The translations under genes and the position numbers were made by a program. Positions 48,601 to 58,429 of a stretch of DNA of 64,000 nt are shown here, in pieces. The notes below the pieces were generated by a model. The model made no database searches and had not been told where the DNA came from. It saw nothing but the letters and a program-made list of their open reading frames with translations. The stretch's first letter is position 1, and each line of letters starts with the position of its first letter. Source of the stretch: Fidelibacterota bacterium. Lineage in GTDB: Bacteria > Fidelibacterota > UBA2242. Location of the stretch: NCBI GenBank assembly GCA_049975265.1, contig JBNGDF010000002.1:21528-85527 (forward strand). Direction: 5' to 3'.

Positions 48601-50571
48601 CAGACCATCACGATCAGCGGCTCGGCACCTTTCAGCAGCGGAGAGATATATACCCAACTTTACGATTCCGCTAAATACCGCATCTTTTCCGAGCCGCTAC
48701 AGGGACAAATTCAGAACGGCATGGTCCGCCAGGAGATCGAACTACCCCTCACAATCCATCCGGGTAATACCTTTCTGAACTATTATCTGGTGGACAAAAA
48801 CGCCACCGTCGATGGTCACGGTATCTCGCTTTTCAGTATCAGAGGATTGAACTTTTACAATTTCACCATCCAGCCGGACATTCCCGAAAAAGGGGAAAAT
48901 TTCCAGATTAGCATTCGCACCGAACTGACCGATCTCGATTCCATGATCTGCGAACTGGACACGGTCAGTGCCCGGGAAAAACTCGATCAAAACGGTATTG
49001 AGTATGTGGTCAGTTTTTCAGATTTATCCCAAATAATCCGGAAAAAGATGGTTCGTACGGCGCCGGAATCCAACCAGTGGCGGCTGGAAACTCCGCTTAC
49101 CATCGGCACCGCCGGAAAATTGATCGGCGTTCGATTTGCGGCTACGAACAAGCAGCAGGAACGGATAACCAGTCCTAATTTTTCCATCAAAATCAAACAG
49201 TACCCCGATTTGTCAATAATCGATATATCACAATCAGGCACCAGATTTCCCGCCCTTATTTCCGAGATAAATTACCGCGGTGATGATACCCTGGATGCCG
49301 ATCTGATCGCCTATCGGATTCAGGGTTCTGCCGAACAACTCTTTGGAACAGCGACCTTTACCCTGTTGCCCAATCGCCGCTCCAAACTGCCGATTCCAGG
49401 CTGTCTCGGTTCCGGAATCCAGCGTTTCAAAGTCCGGATCGATCCCGACAACAAGATCAGCGAATTGTACGAAACCAACAATGTTCTTACCGATTCGTTC
49501 CGCGTCAATACTTTTCCGGCAACACCGGGACTCGGAACCAGCAGCGACGGAATAAATAACGACACACTGAAGTTTGCTGCCTATGCTGTAATCATTCCAC
49601 CTAACAGTCTAACCGATTCATCGGTTGTAGTCCTGACTCGACAGACCGCCTCTCCAAATCCGCACCAGCCCCAATTTGAAATCCAGAGTATCGCCGATGG
49701 CAGTGCGCCGGAATATCTGAACATCGCCATCCCCAACCTCACCGATTCTTTGTTAAAACCGCTGTCAGTGCAGATTACAGCATCGAATCAAACCGCGGAT
49801 AACGTCGCCATTGCCCGTTGGGACCCCTATCTGAAAGTCTGGATCAGAGAGCCTACCCAAAAAACAGGGAAGGGGTACCGTGCAAAATCGGCGTACCCCG
49901 GAAAATTCACCCTGGTTCAATGTCAGGATACCGAGCCGCCGCAGCTCGAGTTAAGTCTTGATGGTCAGCAGTTTTTCCAGAACTCCTATGTCTCCCGCCG
50001 ACCGAATATCTCCCTGATCGCCGAAGATCCCAACGGCGTGCTCTTCAATTGTCAGGGATTGAAGGTCTTTCTGGACGGTAATGCAGTTCCTTTTACCGAT
50101 TTGAACATTCCCGACACTCTCGCCAACGGCAACTATGTCTCCGCCCAGTTTCGCCCGGAGATGGAATACGGTGAACACGAACTGGAGGTCAGCATCAACG
50201 ATGCCGCCGGCAACCACACCGCGGAGCAGGTCATCTTTACCGTCAGCGACGAACTCAAACTGATCGACTATGGGAATTATCCCAATCCGTTCAAGGATCG
50301 AACCGTTTTTATCTACGAACTGACCCAGCGGGTGGATGATTTTAAAATCAAGATTTACACCACTTCCGGACGGCTGATCAGAATTCTCGAGGAATCCACG
50401 ATATTTAGCACCGGACTGGATATGAACGGAGGCGGCTATCACGAAATTCTCTGGAACGGTCTGGATGAAAACGGCAATTTCATCGCCAACGGCGTCTATT
50501 TCTATAAAATGATTGCGAAAAAGGATAAAAAAACCGTGACCCAAATCGGTAAAATCGCCAAGGCTCGATGA
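45673..50571 (+). CDS. C25 (gingipain-family) peptidase, PorU-like T9SS sortase candidate (start uncertain)
   Basis: GIYRIS, YIEFYG, NVYFLTW, VLLIGDA, SDHWY, IGRWP, NFMGHG (His), SLTC (Cys), LLGDP, CARDB-like IDPDNKISELYETNN, C-terminal NYPNPF...WNG...NGVYFYK. Confidence 0.8.
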   Translation: MSEVKITKFTHFSRKHITIDLITLFLMRFSITALPATSHLQQVSFQNRWTQAHSWVWQGKINPPDLIGAADGSFAVKADPLDNDHRTGYPALPYYSRIFNAMPEDIHYQLHTSNPRKILLDRPVQRFSDQPKMSCEEDSPPDIPPARIEYPFPRNIVHIAFIGYVRHQPLSILKIYPYQLTENGTHLHYFEHLEVSVSIADNPDFPEKSIADKSNLERLISLNDRVRKKTRLAKVTAPTLPIAYDEPFIRITVDSTGIYRISRATLQECSAVMKKVDPRTFQMYNRGIAVPIFVNGESDGSFDHSDYIEFYGQRNLNSIADYHYDPFTDNNVYFLTWGKQFGLRYAEESAKTTIQDDEAIVPGDYEFTQHVEENRHFDKLGQVDTDLPTHTRDHWFFDSGINGGTTRSYTFQLIHPNTNTVEPFDISVGLHGLSYQKPDHKATVSINNYLVATDNWNGQTPYVIRSDFDSKLQNRYLRHGDNMIQIQIGSAGDDPTSRYDRVLFDYLDIRYKRLYRAHNERILFSKPQSTPAGTYHFKIDGFKNPDISIYKIGKSKLMDFSVDYNTFTNDYTVRIEDYIHDNATNYYAASRNGLSQPLAIRTDTLHNILAEEDAFDLIVITDQQFEHCLEKLTAFYQEIGIHPKVVGIKDIYTQFNHGIVSPYAVRDYLSFIHSNWTHQPRFVLLIGDAKIREEESVPAIFFQSLKYGACASDHWYAALDNDSKIPEYAIGRWPVSSRAELDIVIDKRIAYTKADPIDPWHNELLFIAGYEVDFKNQTENMINRQIPKEFSINRIYINPASQSTPFFGGSDTLIHLWNKGLTVINFMGHGGGGVWTDRSLFNTSYIKYLNNYDRLPFISSLTCFTADFANMEGMGEYLLSAENGGAIALWGATSVGWIKNDYLIAKPFYDIIFEPGMTVGEAIQYSKIKYLADDYFDLYEFSMVHSYTLLGDPTIEIPFPKEPVALTISEENPEPGQTITISGSAPFSSGEIYTQLYDSAKYRIFSEPLQGQIQNGMVRQEIELPLTIHPGNTFLNYYLVDKNATVDGHGISLFSIRGLNFYNFTIQPDIPEKGENFQISIRTELTDLDSMICELDTVSAREKLDQNGIEYVVSFSDLSQIIRKKMVRTAPESNQWRLETPLTIGTAGKLIGVRFAATNKQQERITSPNFSIKIKQYPDLSIIDISQSGTRFPALISEINYRGDDTLDADLIAYRIQGSAEQLFGTATFTLLPNRRSKLPIPGCLGSGIQRFKVRIDPDNKISELYETNNVLTDSFRVNTFPATPGLGTSSDGINNDTLKFAAYAVIIPPNSLTDSSVVVLTRQTASPNPHQPQFEIQSIADGSAPEYLNIAIPNLTDSLLKPLSVQITASNQTADNVAIARWDPYLKVWIREPTQKTGKGYRAKSAYPGKFTLVQCQDTEPPQLELSLDGQQFFQNSYVSRRPNISLIAEDPNGVLFNCQGLKVFLDGNAVPFTDLNIPDTLANGNYVSAQFRPEMEYGEHELEVSINDAAGNHTAEQVIFTVSDELKLIDYGNYPNPFKDRTVFIYELTQRVDDFKIKIYTTSGRLIRILEESTIFSTGLDMNGGGYHEILWNGLDENGNFIANGVYFYKMIAKKDKKTVTQIGKIAKAR

Positions 50572-51578
50572 TGGGAAAAATTCGACTCAGCCTGGTAATC
50601 CTGCAGCTTGTGATCGTCACATACGGCGGTGAATACGCCGACGCCTTTCTGGAAAATGGCGTCAGTGCCCGGGCACAGGCTATGGGTAACACTCTCGGAG
50701 CGCTGGATTTCAGCCTGACTGCCTTCATCAGTAATCCGGCGGGGCTCAGCTATATCCGCACACCACAGATCGGCTTGATGTACACCTCTCAGTTCGGACT
50801 GGCGAACCACAATTACGCCGGTTTTGCTACGCCCATTGCCCGAAAATCGGCGGCATCCCTGAACTGGATTCGCTACAGCGTGGATGATATTCCCATCCGC
50901 CCTGATATTCTGCGCCAGGTTCAGGATCCGGAATCGCGCCGGGACTCGGTACTGGCACTGAATCTTGCGACCTTCGATACATTCAACGACCTTGAACAGG
51001 CGGTCTACATCAGTTTCGGGCACCTCTTCTCCCGATCCGTCAGTCTCGGCTGGCGTTATTCACGGTTTACGCTGGAGATACCGCTGGGAATCAACTTTAA
51101 ACTGATCCATAAAAAACTATACAACGTGGAAGGCTACGGCTTGGGAATCGACGTCGGCGGCAGAATCCGCTTCAGCGGCGCCGATGTGTTTGAAATGAGC
51201 AGGATGGGACAGCTGAGTTTCGGATATGCCCTGCGCGATATCACCGGCACCATCATCTACTGGAATACGAAACGGCAGGACGAAATTCGTCTCAATCCGG
51301 TCTTGTCTTTCGGGTATGAACACATCTTCAAGCGTCCTGACATCCTGCTGAATCTGGGTCTTGAAAAGGAATACCGCTACGAAGATAAAACCCGCTACGG
51401 ACTGGAATGTATCCTAAAAAACCGCTTAAGTATCCGCACCGGCTTAATTAATTCTGGCATTACCGCCGGATTGGGTTTAAATTTTAAGGCGATGAATCGA
51501 ACCGTACACATTGATTATTCCTTTTTAAAACATGAGTTGGGCGCCGTCCACCGCATCGGAGGGATTCTGAAGTTTTGA
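50568..51578 (+). CDS. PorV/PorQ-family outer-membrane protein
   Basis: FLENGVSARAQAMG...NPAGL; C-terminal IDYSF...LGAVHRIGGILKF. Confidence 0.75.
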   Translation: MMGKIRLSLVILQLVIVTYGGEYADAFLENGVSARAQAMGNTLGALDFSLTAFISNPAGLSYIRTPQIGLMYTSQFGLANHNYAGFATPIARKSAASLNWIRYSVDDIPIRPDILRQVQDPESRRDSVLALNLATFDTFNDLEQAVYISFGHLFSRSVSLGWRYSRFTLEIPLGINFKLIHKKLYNVEGYGLGIDVGGRIRFSGADVFEMSRMGQLSFGYALRDITGTIIYWNTKRQDEIRLNPVLSFGYEHIFKRPDILLNLGLEKEYRYEDKTRYGLECILKNRLSIRTGLINSGITAGLGLNFKAMNRTVHIDYSFLKHELGAVHRIGGILKF

Positions 51579-52339
51579 AAAGGTCATTCCCGATTATCTG
51601 TCTGATATGCGGTTTTTTATCAACGACACTGGAGCGCTGTGGCGAGAATATCGAGGACCCTGATCCACCGACAGCACCACACTGGGTAGCGCCAACAGAG
51701 CCTGCCGTATCCCGTGGGCGGGGCATTCGCCCTTACAATGAAGGCGACGGTATCATCCTGGAATGGCACCCGAATCCGGAAGAGGACCTTTCGGGCTACA
51801 AGCTGTATCGCGCCGCATATACCGAATTGGATGAATCCGAAGGCGAATTTACCCTGATTGCCGATATAAACGCCTTCTCACTAGGCGGCACCGATACCAG
51901 TTATATTGATGATCTGGTTCAGTTCAGCATTGATTACTATTACTATCTGCGTGCTTATGACCAGGCTGGCAATAAGAGCATATCTTCAGATACCATCTGG
52001 TTTTCTCTGATTCCCAAAACCGATCCCCTGACACCCATCGGACAGCTCTCAGCTCCGCCGGTGAATTTCGAATGGTACGATAATACAAACAGTGCCAGCG
52101 AATACATCATTTTCCTGGAAACGGTCGCCCCCCGAAATGATATTTGGATTTCTCGTTTCAGTAGACCAAATTATGGCGATTCTTTCCAATCGAAACCATT
52201 TAATTTCGACGGCTATGCAGAAGCATTGATTTCAGGACAAAACTACCGTTGGTGCGTGAAAGCCATTGTTTATATTGACAACTTCGGAAACATGTGGCGG
52301 GGATCGATTTCCAACTGGGCCTATTTTTCCCTGGAATAA
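51575..52339 (+). CDS. Fibronectin type III-like putative lipoprotein
   Basis: TTG start; Cys after the hydrophobic leader; DPPTAP, LEW..NPEEDLSGYKLYR, YYYYLRAYDQAGNKS. Confidence 0.65.
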   Translation: MKRSFPIICLICGFLSTTLERCGENIEDPDPPTAPHWVAPTEPAVSRGRGIRPYNEGDGIILEWHPNPEEDLSGYKLYRAAYTELDESEGEFTLIADINAFSLGGTDTSYIDDLVQFSIDYYYYLRAYDQAGNKSISSDTIWFSLIPKTDPLTPIGQLSAPPVNFEWYDNTNSASEYIIFLETVAPRNDIWISRFSRPNYGDSFQSKPFNFDGYAEALISGQNYRWCVKAIVYIDNFGNMWRGSISNWAYFSLE

Positions 52340-52351
52340 TAAGGAGATGCT

Positions 52352-52849
52352 ATGAAAAGACTGATATTTTTCTCTTTAATAATGACATTATCTATCGCGC
52401 TGATGGGACAGGACCCAAGCCGTCTCCAGAGCAGCGCCCGCGCCAATGCCTCGCGGTATATCCTGTCTTCCACCGGTGATGCCCTGCTGATGACCGTCAA
52501 GGTCTGGGGTGAGGTCCAGCGACCCGGTCTGTACGACGTACCCATCGGCACCGATCTGATCGAATTGCTCTCATCTGCCGGTGGACCCAAGGAGACGGCG
52601 CAATTGTCAAAAATCCGAGTCATCCGTAGCTCCACAAAAGACCGTGAAGGCGAGGTTTTCAAAATCGACATCAAACATTATCTGGATACCGGCGACGAGA
52701 GTATCATACCGGAAATCAAAGCCGATGATACCGTCATCATCCCAATGAAGCCATCTCAGTATATCAGAATTTCGCTTTCCTGGACTCAGCAGCTGATGAG
52801 CCTTATTCAGGCGTATGCCCTGGCAGATTGGTATTTAACCAGAGAATAA
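52352..52849 (+). CDS. SLBB domain-containing exported protein
   Basis: Signal peptide; VKVWGEVQRPGLY...LLSSAGG...DDTVIIP. Confidence 0.8.
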   Translation: MKRLIFFSLIMTLSIALMGQDPSRLQSSARANASRYILSSTGDALLMTVKVWGEVQRPGLYDVPIGTDLIELLSSAGGPKETAQLSKIRVIRSSTKDREGEVFKIDIKHYLDTGDESIIPEIKADDTVIIPMKPSQYIRISLSWTQQLMSLIQAYALADWYLTRE

Positions 52850-52885
52850 AAGAATACGTAATAAAATAAAGGGGAGTATAGAACA

Positions 52886-53353
52886 ATGATTGATTCGATT
52901 GACGTACAAATTCTTGATATTTTGCAGAAAGAGGGGCGCATACAGCGCAATCGTATCGCCGAAAAGGTCGGACTGACAATTCCCGCCGTTAGTGAACGGA
53001 TGCGCAAGCTGGAATCCAAGGGTATCATCGACGGATATCATGCCAAAGTCAACCACACGGCTATCGGCAAAGACGTCACCGCATTTGTGTTTGTCATTAC
53101 ATCGCCATCCAAAAATTATGACGAATTCATCCGCCAGGTGCGCAACGAAAACGATATTATTGAATGCCATTCGATTACCGGAGAGGGATCCCACCTGCTG
53201 AAAATCCAGACCGACAATACCTCCACTCTGGAGAAACTGCTTTCCGAAATACAATCCTGGCCCGGCGTATTACAGACCCGCACCTACATCGTCCTCTCCA
53301 CCTACAAAGAGTTCTCCCCCTTAAGACCGTCGAACCAAATCGTTAAGAAATAA
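52886..53353 (+). CDS. Lrp/AsnC family transcriptional regulator
   Basis: DSIDVQILDILQKEGR...IAEKVGLT...ERMRKLE..GIIDGY; ECHSITG. Confidence 0.93.
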   Translation: MIDSIDVQILDILQKEGRIQRNRIAEKVGLTIPAVSERMRKLESKGIIDGYHAKVNHTAIGKDVTAFVFVITSPSKNYDEFIRQVRNENDIIECHSITGEGSHLLKIQTDNTSTLEKLLSEIQSWPGVLQTRTYIVLSTYKEFSPLRPSNQIVKK

Positions 53354-53369
53354 CTCCACGTGTACTCTT

Positions 53370-54480
53370 ATGCTAAATGACTTACATACTGAACTCGAAT
53401 CCCTGGAAACGCGTCTGACCGAACTCCGGAGGTATCTTTGACGTTGAAAACAGACAGCGTCAACTGAAAGAATTGCAGCAGAAGAGCGCCAGCGGCGATT
53501 TCTGGGATGACCGCGAAACCGCTCAGTCCGTATTGGAAAAGATCAGCAACCTGGAATCCACCTTGGGGCAGTATCAACAGCTGCAAAAGATGTACAGCGA
53601 AGCTCATGAATTCGCCGAACTGCTGAAAACCGATGATGATCCGAAAATACAGACAGAAGTCGAAAATCTCGTCGAACAACTCAGTAATAAACTGGATAAA
53701 ACCGAACTCCAGGCACTGCTCAGCTCCGAAGACGATCCGAAAAATGCTATTCTGACTATCCATCCCGGTGCCGGCGGGACCGAATCCCAAGATTGGGCGG
53801 AAATGCTGATGCGTATGTACCTGCGTTGGATCGAACGCTCCGGAATGCAGGCAAATATCATCAACCTGGTAAACGGCGATGAAGCCGGGATTAAAGATGT
53901 CTCGATTGAGGTAAGAGGAGCCTATGCTTACGGTTATTTGAAATCCGAAGCCGGCATCCACCGCCTCGTCCGGATTTCACCCTTTGACGCCAATCATCGC
54001 CGGCACACCTCTTTCGCTTCGGTATTCGTCTACCCCGAAATCGAGGAAGACATCGAAGTGGAAATCAATCCCGATGATCTCCGTATCGACACCTATCGCG
54101 CCAGCGGCGCCGGCGGGCAACATGTCAATAAAACCGATTCGGCGATCCGGATCACTCACATTCCCACCGGCATCGTGGTTCAGTGCCAAAATGAACGTTC
54201 TCAATTTAAAAACAAAGCGTCCGCCATGAAAATCCTCCGGGCGCGTCTGTATCAATTAAAAAAAGATGAACTGGAAAAGGAAAAATCGGAAATTGAGAAA
54301 AACAAGAAAGATATCTCCTGGGGCAATCAAATCCGCTCCTATGTTTTTCAACCCTACACCATGGTCAAAGATCACCGCACCAGGCATGAAAACAGCAACA
54401 TCCAGGCAGTGATGGATGGCTATATCGACGAATTTTTACGTCAGTACCTGCTCTGGACAATTCATAGAGGAGAAAAATAA
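53370..54480 (+). CDS. prfB: Peptide chain release factor 2 with programmed +1 frameshift
   Basis: ATG 53370 opens 23 codons ending CGG AGG TAT CTT TGA C (TGA at 53439); the +1 frame continues into the ORF with SPF, GAGGQHVN and WGNQIRSY. Confidence 0.97.
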
Positions 54481-54483
54481 CCC

Positions 54484-55983
54484 TTGAGTAACGACGATAA
54501 ACAGATTGGCAAATCGCTGGCGGAAATACTGTCCGTTCGGCGTGAAAAAGTCGAAAAGATCCGGACAATGGGCATCGAACCCTATGCCTATGAATTTGAC
54601 AAGACCCACTCACACAATGAAATCATTCGCGATTTCGAGACGTTAAAAGAGACCACCACCGTTCGGGTAGCCGGTCGTATTATGGCGATCCGCAAAATGG
54701 GACGCGCCAGTTTCTGTCATATCCAGGATGAAACGACCAAATTGCAGCTCTACTTTCAGGAAGATAAAATCGGTGCTGCCAGTTACGAACTCTTCCGGCT
54801 GCTGGATATCGGGGATATTATTGGCGCTACCGGTATTGTCACCAAGACCCGCACCGGCGAGATCACTATCTTTGCCGACGAACTCCGGCTGCTGGCGAAA
54901 AGCATCCGCCCCATTCCCATCGTCAAGGAAAAAGACGGTGAAGTCTTCGATGCTTTCAGCAACAAAGAGCAGCGCTACCGCCAGCGCTACCTGGACCTGA
55001 CGGTAAATCCCGAGGTCAAAAGCACCTTCATCATGCGCAGTAAAATCATCCAGTGGTGCCGCGACTTTCTGAACGAACGCGGTTTCATCGAGGTGGAGAC
55101 GCCGATTCTGCAACCTATTTATGGCGGGGCATCGGCTCGCCCTTTCAAGACGTTCTACAATGCCCTGAATCGTGAATTTTACCTCCGTATCGCCGATGAA
55201 CTCTATCTCAAACGGCTGATCATCGGTGGTTTTGAGAAGGTCTATGAAATCGCGAAAAATTTCCGCAACGAAGGTATCGACCGCAATCACAATCCCGAAT
55301 TCACGGCGCTGGAATTTTATCAGCAGTATGTGGATTATAACTATTTAATGGAGGAAGTCGAAGCCTTTTTCAAATTCATTGCCGAAAAAACCGAACAAGC
55401 CTACTGCACCTTTGGCGATTACACCATCGACTTTTCCAAATCCTTCCACCGCAGACGCATGTACGATCTGCTGCAGGAACATGTCGGCGTCGACATTTAC
55501 AGCCTTTCTGAATCAGCCCTGCGGGAGCTCTGCACCGATAAAGGTTTCGAGGTGGATAAGACCGCCGGATACGGCAAACTGATTGAGCTGCTTTTTGATC
55601 ACTTTGTCGAAGATAAATTGATTCAGCCTACCTTTGTCATCGACTATCCCAAAGCCATCTCGCCGCTGGCGAAAATGTGCCGGGACGGACGTCCGGATGT
55701 CGTCGAGCGATTTGAACTCTATATCGCGGGACAGGAATTCGTTAACGCCTTTAGTGAGCTGAACGATCCTTTCGATCAGCGGGAACGCCTCGAAAGCCAG
55801 AACCGCTTGCGGGAAGCCGGAGATGATGAAGCGCAGACGATGGACGAAGATTTTGTAACCGCCATGGAATACGGCATGCCTCCCACCGGCGGTGTCGGTA
55901 TCGGCATCGACCGGCTGGTCATGCTGTTTACCAATCAGCGTTATATAAAAGATGTCATCCTCTTTCCACAACTCCGGTCGTAG
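54484..55983 (+). CDS. lysS: Lysine-tRNA ligase (class II)
   Basis: VAGRI OB fold, RYRQRYLDL, EVETP, YLRIADELYLKRL, FRNEG, YGMPPTGGVGIGIDRL. Confidence 0.97.
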   Translation: MSNDDKQIGKSLAEILSVRREKVEKIRTMGIEPYAYEFDKTHSHNEIIRDFETLKETTTVRVAGRIMAIRKMGRASFCHIQDETTKLQLYFQEDKIGAASYELFRLLDIGDIIGATGIVTKTRTGEITIFADELRLLAKSIRPIPIVKEKDGEVFDAFSNKEQRYRQRYLDLTVNPEVKSTFIMRSKIIQWCRDFLNERGFIEVETPILQPIYGGASARPFKTFYNALNREFYLRIADELYLKRLIIGGFEKVYEIAKNFRNEGIDRNHNPEFTALEFYQQYVDYNYLMEEVEAFFKFIAEKTEQAYCTFGDYTIDFSKSFHRRRMYDLLQEHVGVDIYSLSESALRELCTDKGFEVDKTAGYGKLIELLFDHFVEDKLIQPTFVIDYPKAISPLAKMCRDGRPDVVERFELYIAGQEFVNAFSELNDPFDQRERLESQNRLREAGDDEAQTMDEDFVTAMEYGMPPTGGVGIGIDRLVMLFTNQRYIKDVILFPQLRS

Positions 55984-55992
55984 CAGCAGAAA

Positions 55993-57213
55993 ATGTCCCT
56001 TCCCTTCTTCATCGCCAAACGTCATCTTTTCAATCGCCATAAAATCGGTTACATCTCTTTCATCAGCATCATCTCAACCATCGGTCTGGCGGTAGGGGTG
56101 GCAGCCCTGATTTTGACAATCTCCGTTCTGAACGGTTTTGAAAATGTCATTAAAGAGAAATTAATCGGCTTCGACGCTCACATCCGGCTGCGCCTGTTCA
56201 ACGGTCAAACATTTACATCTTCCGACGATGTGGAAAAATTGCTGACTGAGATTCCGGAAATTCGGGACATCGTTCCCTATGTCCACAGTACCGTTATGAT
56301 CCGCGCAAAAGCCGAAACAGACGGTGTTATTCTCGAAGGTCTGAAGGAAGAAGACATTCACAAAACTCTCAACATCCGGCGCTTTCTAAAGGAGGGTTCC
56401 ATCTCTTTCCAGACCGCTGACGGTCAAAATGGTCTGGTCATCGGGAAAAAACTAGCCGACCAGCTGGGCGTCTCTTTAGGGGATCAGGTATATCTGTTCG
56501 TACTCCAGTCCCACACCCGATCGACCCGACGCCCTCGGATCGGCTCGTTCGTAATTACGGGGCTGTATGAATCCGGCATCTCCGACTATGATGATATCTT
56601 CGTGTACACCAGTCTCTCGGCAGCGCAGCAGATCATGAACCTGGGAAACCGATTTTCGGGCTTTCAGATGATCCTCGACGACCCCCACACCGCCGAAACC
56701 ATCACCGAACGGATCAATCACGAACTCGGGTATCCCTATCACGCAATGAGCTGGATTGACCTCCATGCCAATCTTTTCGAATGGCTCCGGGTTCAGCGCT
56801 TTCCGATTATCATCGTTTTCGGTCTGATTGCCGCCGTAGCGATATTCAACATCATCAGTTCTCTGATGATGATCGTGATTGAGAAAACAAAGGATATCGG
56901 TATTCTGAAAAGTATGGGCGTCAGCAGTATTCAGGTGCGCCGGATTTTTATGATTGAAGGCGCCATTATCGGGCTTGCCGGAACCGGATTGGGTTTCCTG
57001 CTTGCCCTGCTTCTCACCTGGATGCAAAATCGCTTCGGTCTCATCGCCATTTCCGCAGATGTCTACTTCATGAACACGCTGCCCATGGAGCCAAAAGTGA
57101 TCTACTATCTCATTATCGGGTTCTGTGCAATTCTAGCATCGTTGATGGCGACCATTTATCCGTCCCGCAAAGCCATGAAACTGGCACCTGCCGAGGCAAT
57201 TCGTTATGAGTAA
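55993..57213 (+). CDS. LolC/E-family lipoprotein-releasing ABC permease
   Basis: GVAALIL..SVLNGF, EKTKDIGILKSMG, ATIYPS.KA..L.PAEAIRYE. Confidence 0.88.
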   Translation: MSLPFFIAKRHLFNRHKIGYISFISIISTIGLAVGVAALILTISVLNGFENVIKEKLIGFDAHIRLRLFNGQTFTSSDDVEKLLTEIPEIRDIVPYVHSTVMIRAKAETDGVILEGLKEEDIHKTLNIRRFLKEGSISFQTADGQNGLVIGKKLADQLGVSLGDQVYLFVLQSHTRSTRRPRIGSFVITGLYESGISDYDDIFVYTSLSAAQQIMNLGNRFSGFQMILDDPHTAETITERINHELGYPYHAMSWIDLHANLFEWLRVQRFPIIIVFGLIAAVAIFNIISSLMMIVIEKTKDIGILKSMGVSSIQVRRIFMIEGAIIGLAGTGLGFLLALLLTWMQNRFGLIAISADVYFMNTLPMEPKVIYYLIIGFCAILASLMATIYPSRKAMKLAPAEAIRYE

Positions 57214-58429
57214 TCGGCTGCTAAACTGGATATCCTTCCGCTATTTCCGGTCGAAAAAACAGATCGGATTGATTTCTTTCACTTCCTATGTCTCAATTTT
57301 CGGCATTGCTCTGGGCTGCTTTGCACTATTGATTACTCTCAGCATTCTGAACGGATTCGAATCGGAAATCTCCTCCCGCGTAATCGACCTGGAGTCGCAC
57401 ATCCGGATAACCGGCAGCAATGTCGATGATAACACGCTTCGTGTAGTGGAAACATTCCTGAAAAACGAAAACATCGATATCGTCTATCCCTTCATTCTGA
57501 AAAAATCCGTTCTCTCCAATCTCGGCTCCGATGCGGTCATTCGTCTGAAGGGCATTGATGCCACGATTTTCGAGGAAAAAATCATGCAGCCCGAAACGAT
57601 TATCCGAGGCGCCAATCGCTTTAGCGCTCCCACCGCCGATTTGCCCGGCATCGTCGTCGGTTTCCGTCTGGCGGATAAATTGGGGCTGTTCCTGGGTGAT
57701 ACCATCAATGTCATCAATCCGCTGGATATAAAAAGCGCCTACAGCATTCCCTACGTCGGTCGGTTTGTGCTGAGCGGTGTATTCCGCCTGGACCTCTTTG
57801 ACTATGACGAGAATCTGGCATTCATTGACATTGACGAAGCCCGCCGAATTTACAAAACGAGCGACCAGTATTCGGGAATTGACATCCGTTTCGAAAAATA
57901 TAAAAACATCCGCGACATCAAGCAACAGCTGGCTAACCATCTTGGATCGGCGGTTACGATCTCCAGCTGGGAGGACCTGCACCGCGATCTTTTCGGGGCT
58001 ATGAAGCTGGAAAAATACGGCAGCTTCCTGGCATTAAGTTTCATCATTCTAATCGCTATTTTTAACCTGACCAGTTCACTGGTTATGCTGGTGATGGAAA
58101 AAATCCGCGAAATCGGGATGCTGCAAACCCTGGGGATGAATAACACCCATATCAAAGGCATTTTCCTGCGCCTGGGTTTTCTTACCGGGTCCATCGGTCT
58201 GATCATCGGTCTGGCATGCGCTGCCCTGCTCTGCCTGATCCAGCAGAATTTTCAATTGATCCCGCTCCCTTCTGTCTACTTTATTCCCTATCTGCCGGTG
58301 GAACTGCACGGACTTGACATCCTTGCAATTTTCATCGCCGGACTGATTCTTATCTACCTGGGCACTCTCTACCCCAGTCAACGGGTTGGAAAACTGACAC
58401 CCCTGGAGGCAATTCAGTATGAAAAATAG
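57206..58429 (+). CDS. LolC/E-family lipoprotein-releasing ABC permease (second copy)
   Basis: SILNGFE, SWEDLH..LFGAMKLEK, EKIREIGML..LG, YPS...PLEAIQYE. Confidence 0.88.
   Translation: MSNRLLNWISFRYFRSKKQIGLISFTSYVSIFGIALGCFALLITLSILNGFESEISSRVIDLESHIRITGSNVDDNTLRVVETFLKNENIDIVYPFILKKSVLSNLGSDAVIRLKGIDATIFEEKIMQPETIIRGANRFSAPTADLPGIVVGFRLADKLGLFLGDTINVINPLDIKSAYSIPYVGRFVLSGVFRLDLFDYDENLAFIDIDEARRIYKTSDQYSGIDIRFEKYKNIRDIKQQLANHLGSAVTISSWEDLHRDLFGAMKLEKYGSFLALSFIILIAIFNLTSSLVMLVMEKIREIGMLQTLGMNNTHIKGIFLRLGFLTGSIGLIIGLACAALLCLIQQNFQLIPLPSVYFIPYLPVELHGLDILAIFIAGLILIYLGTLYPSQRVGKLTPLEAIQYEK

Noticed and set aside
53370..53472. prfB as a pseudogene or sequencing frameshift
   Set aside because: It matches the canonical programmed frameshift site.
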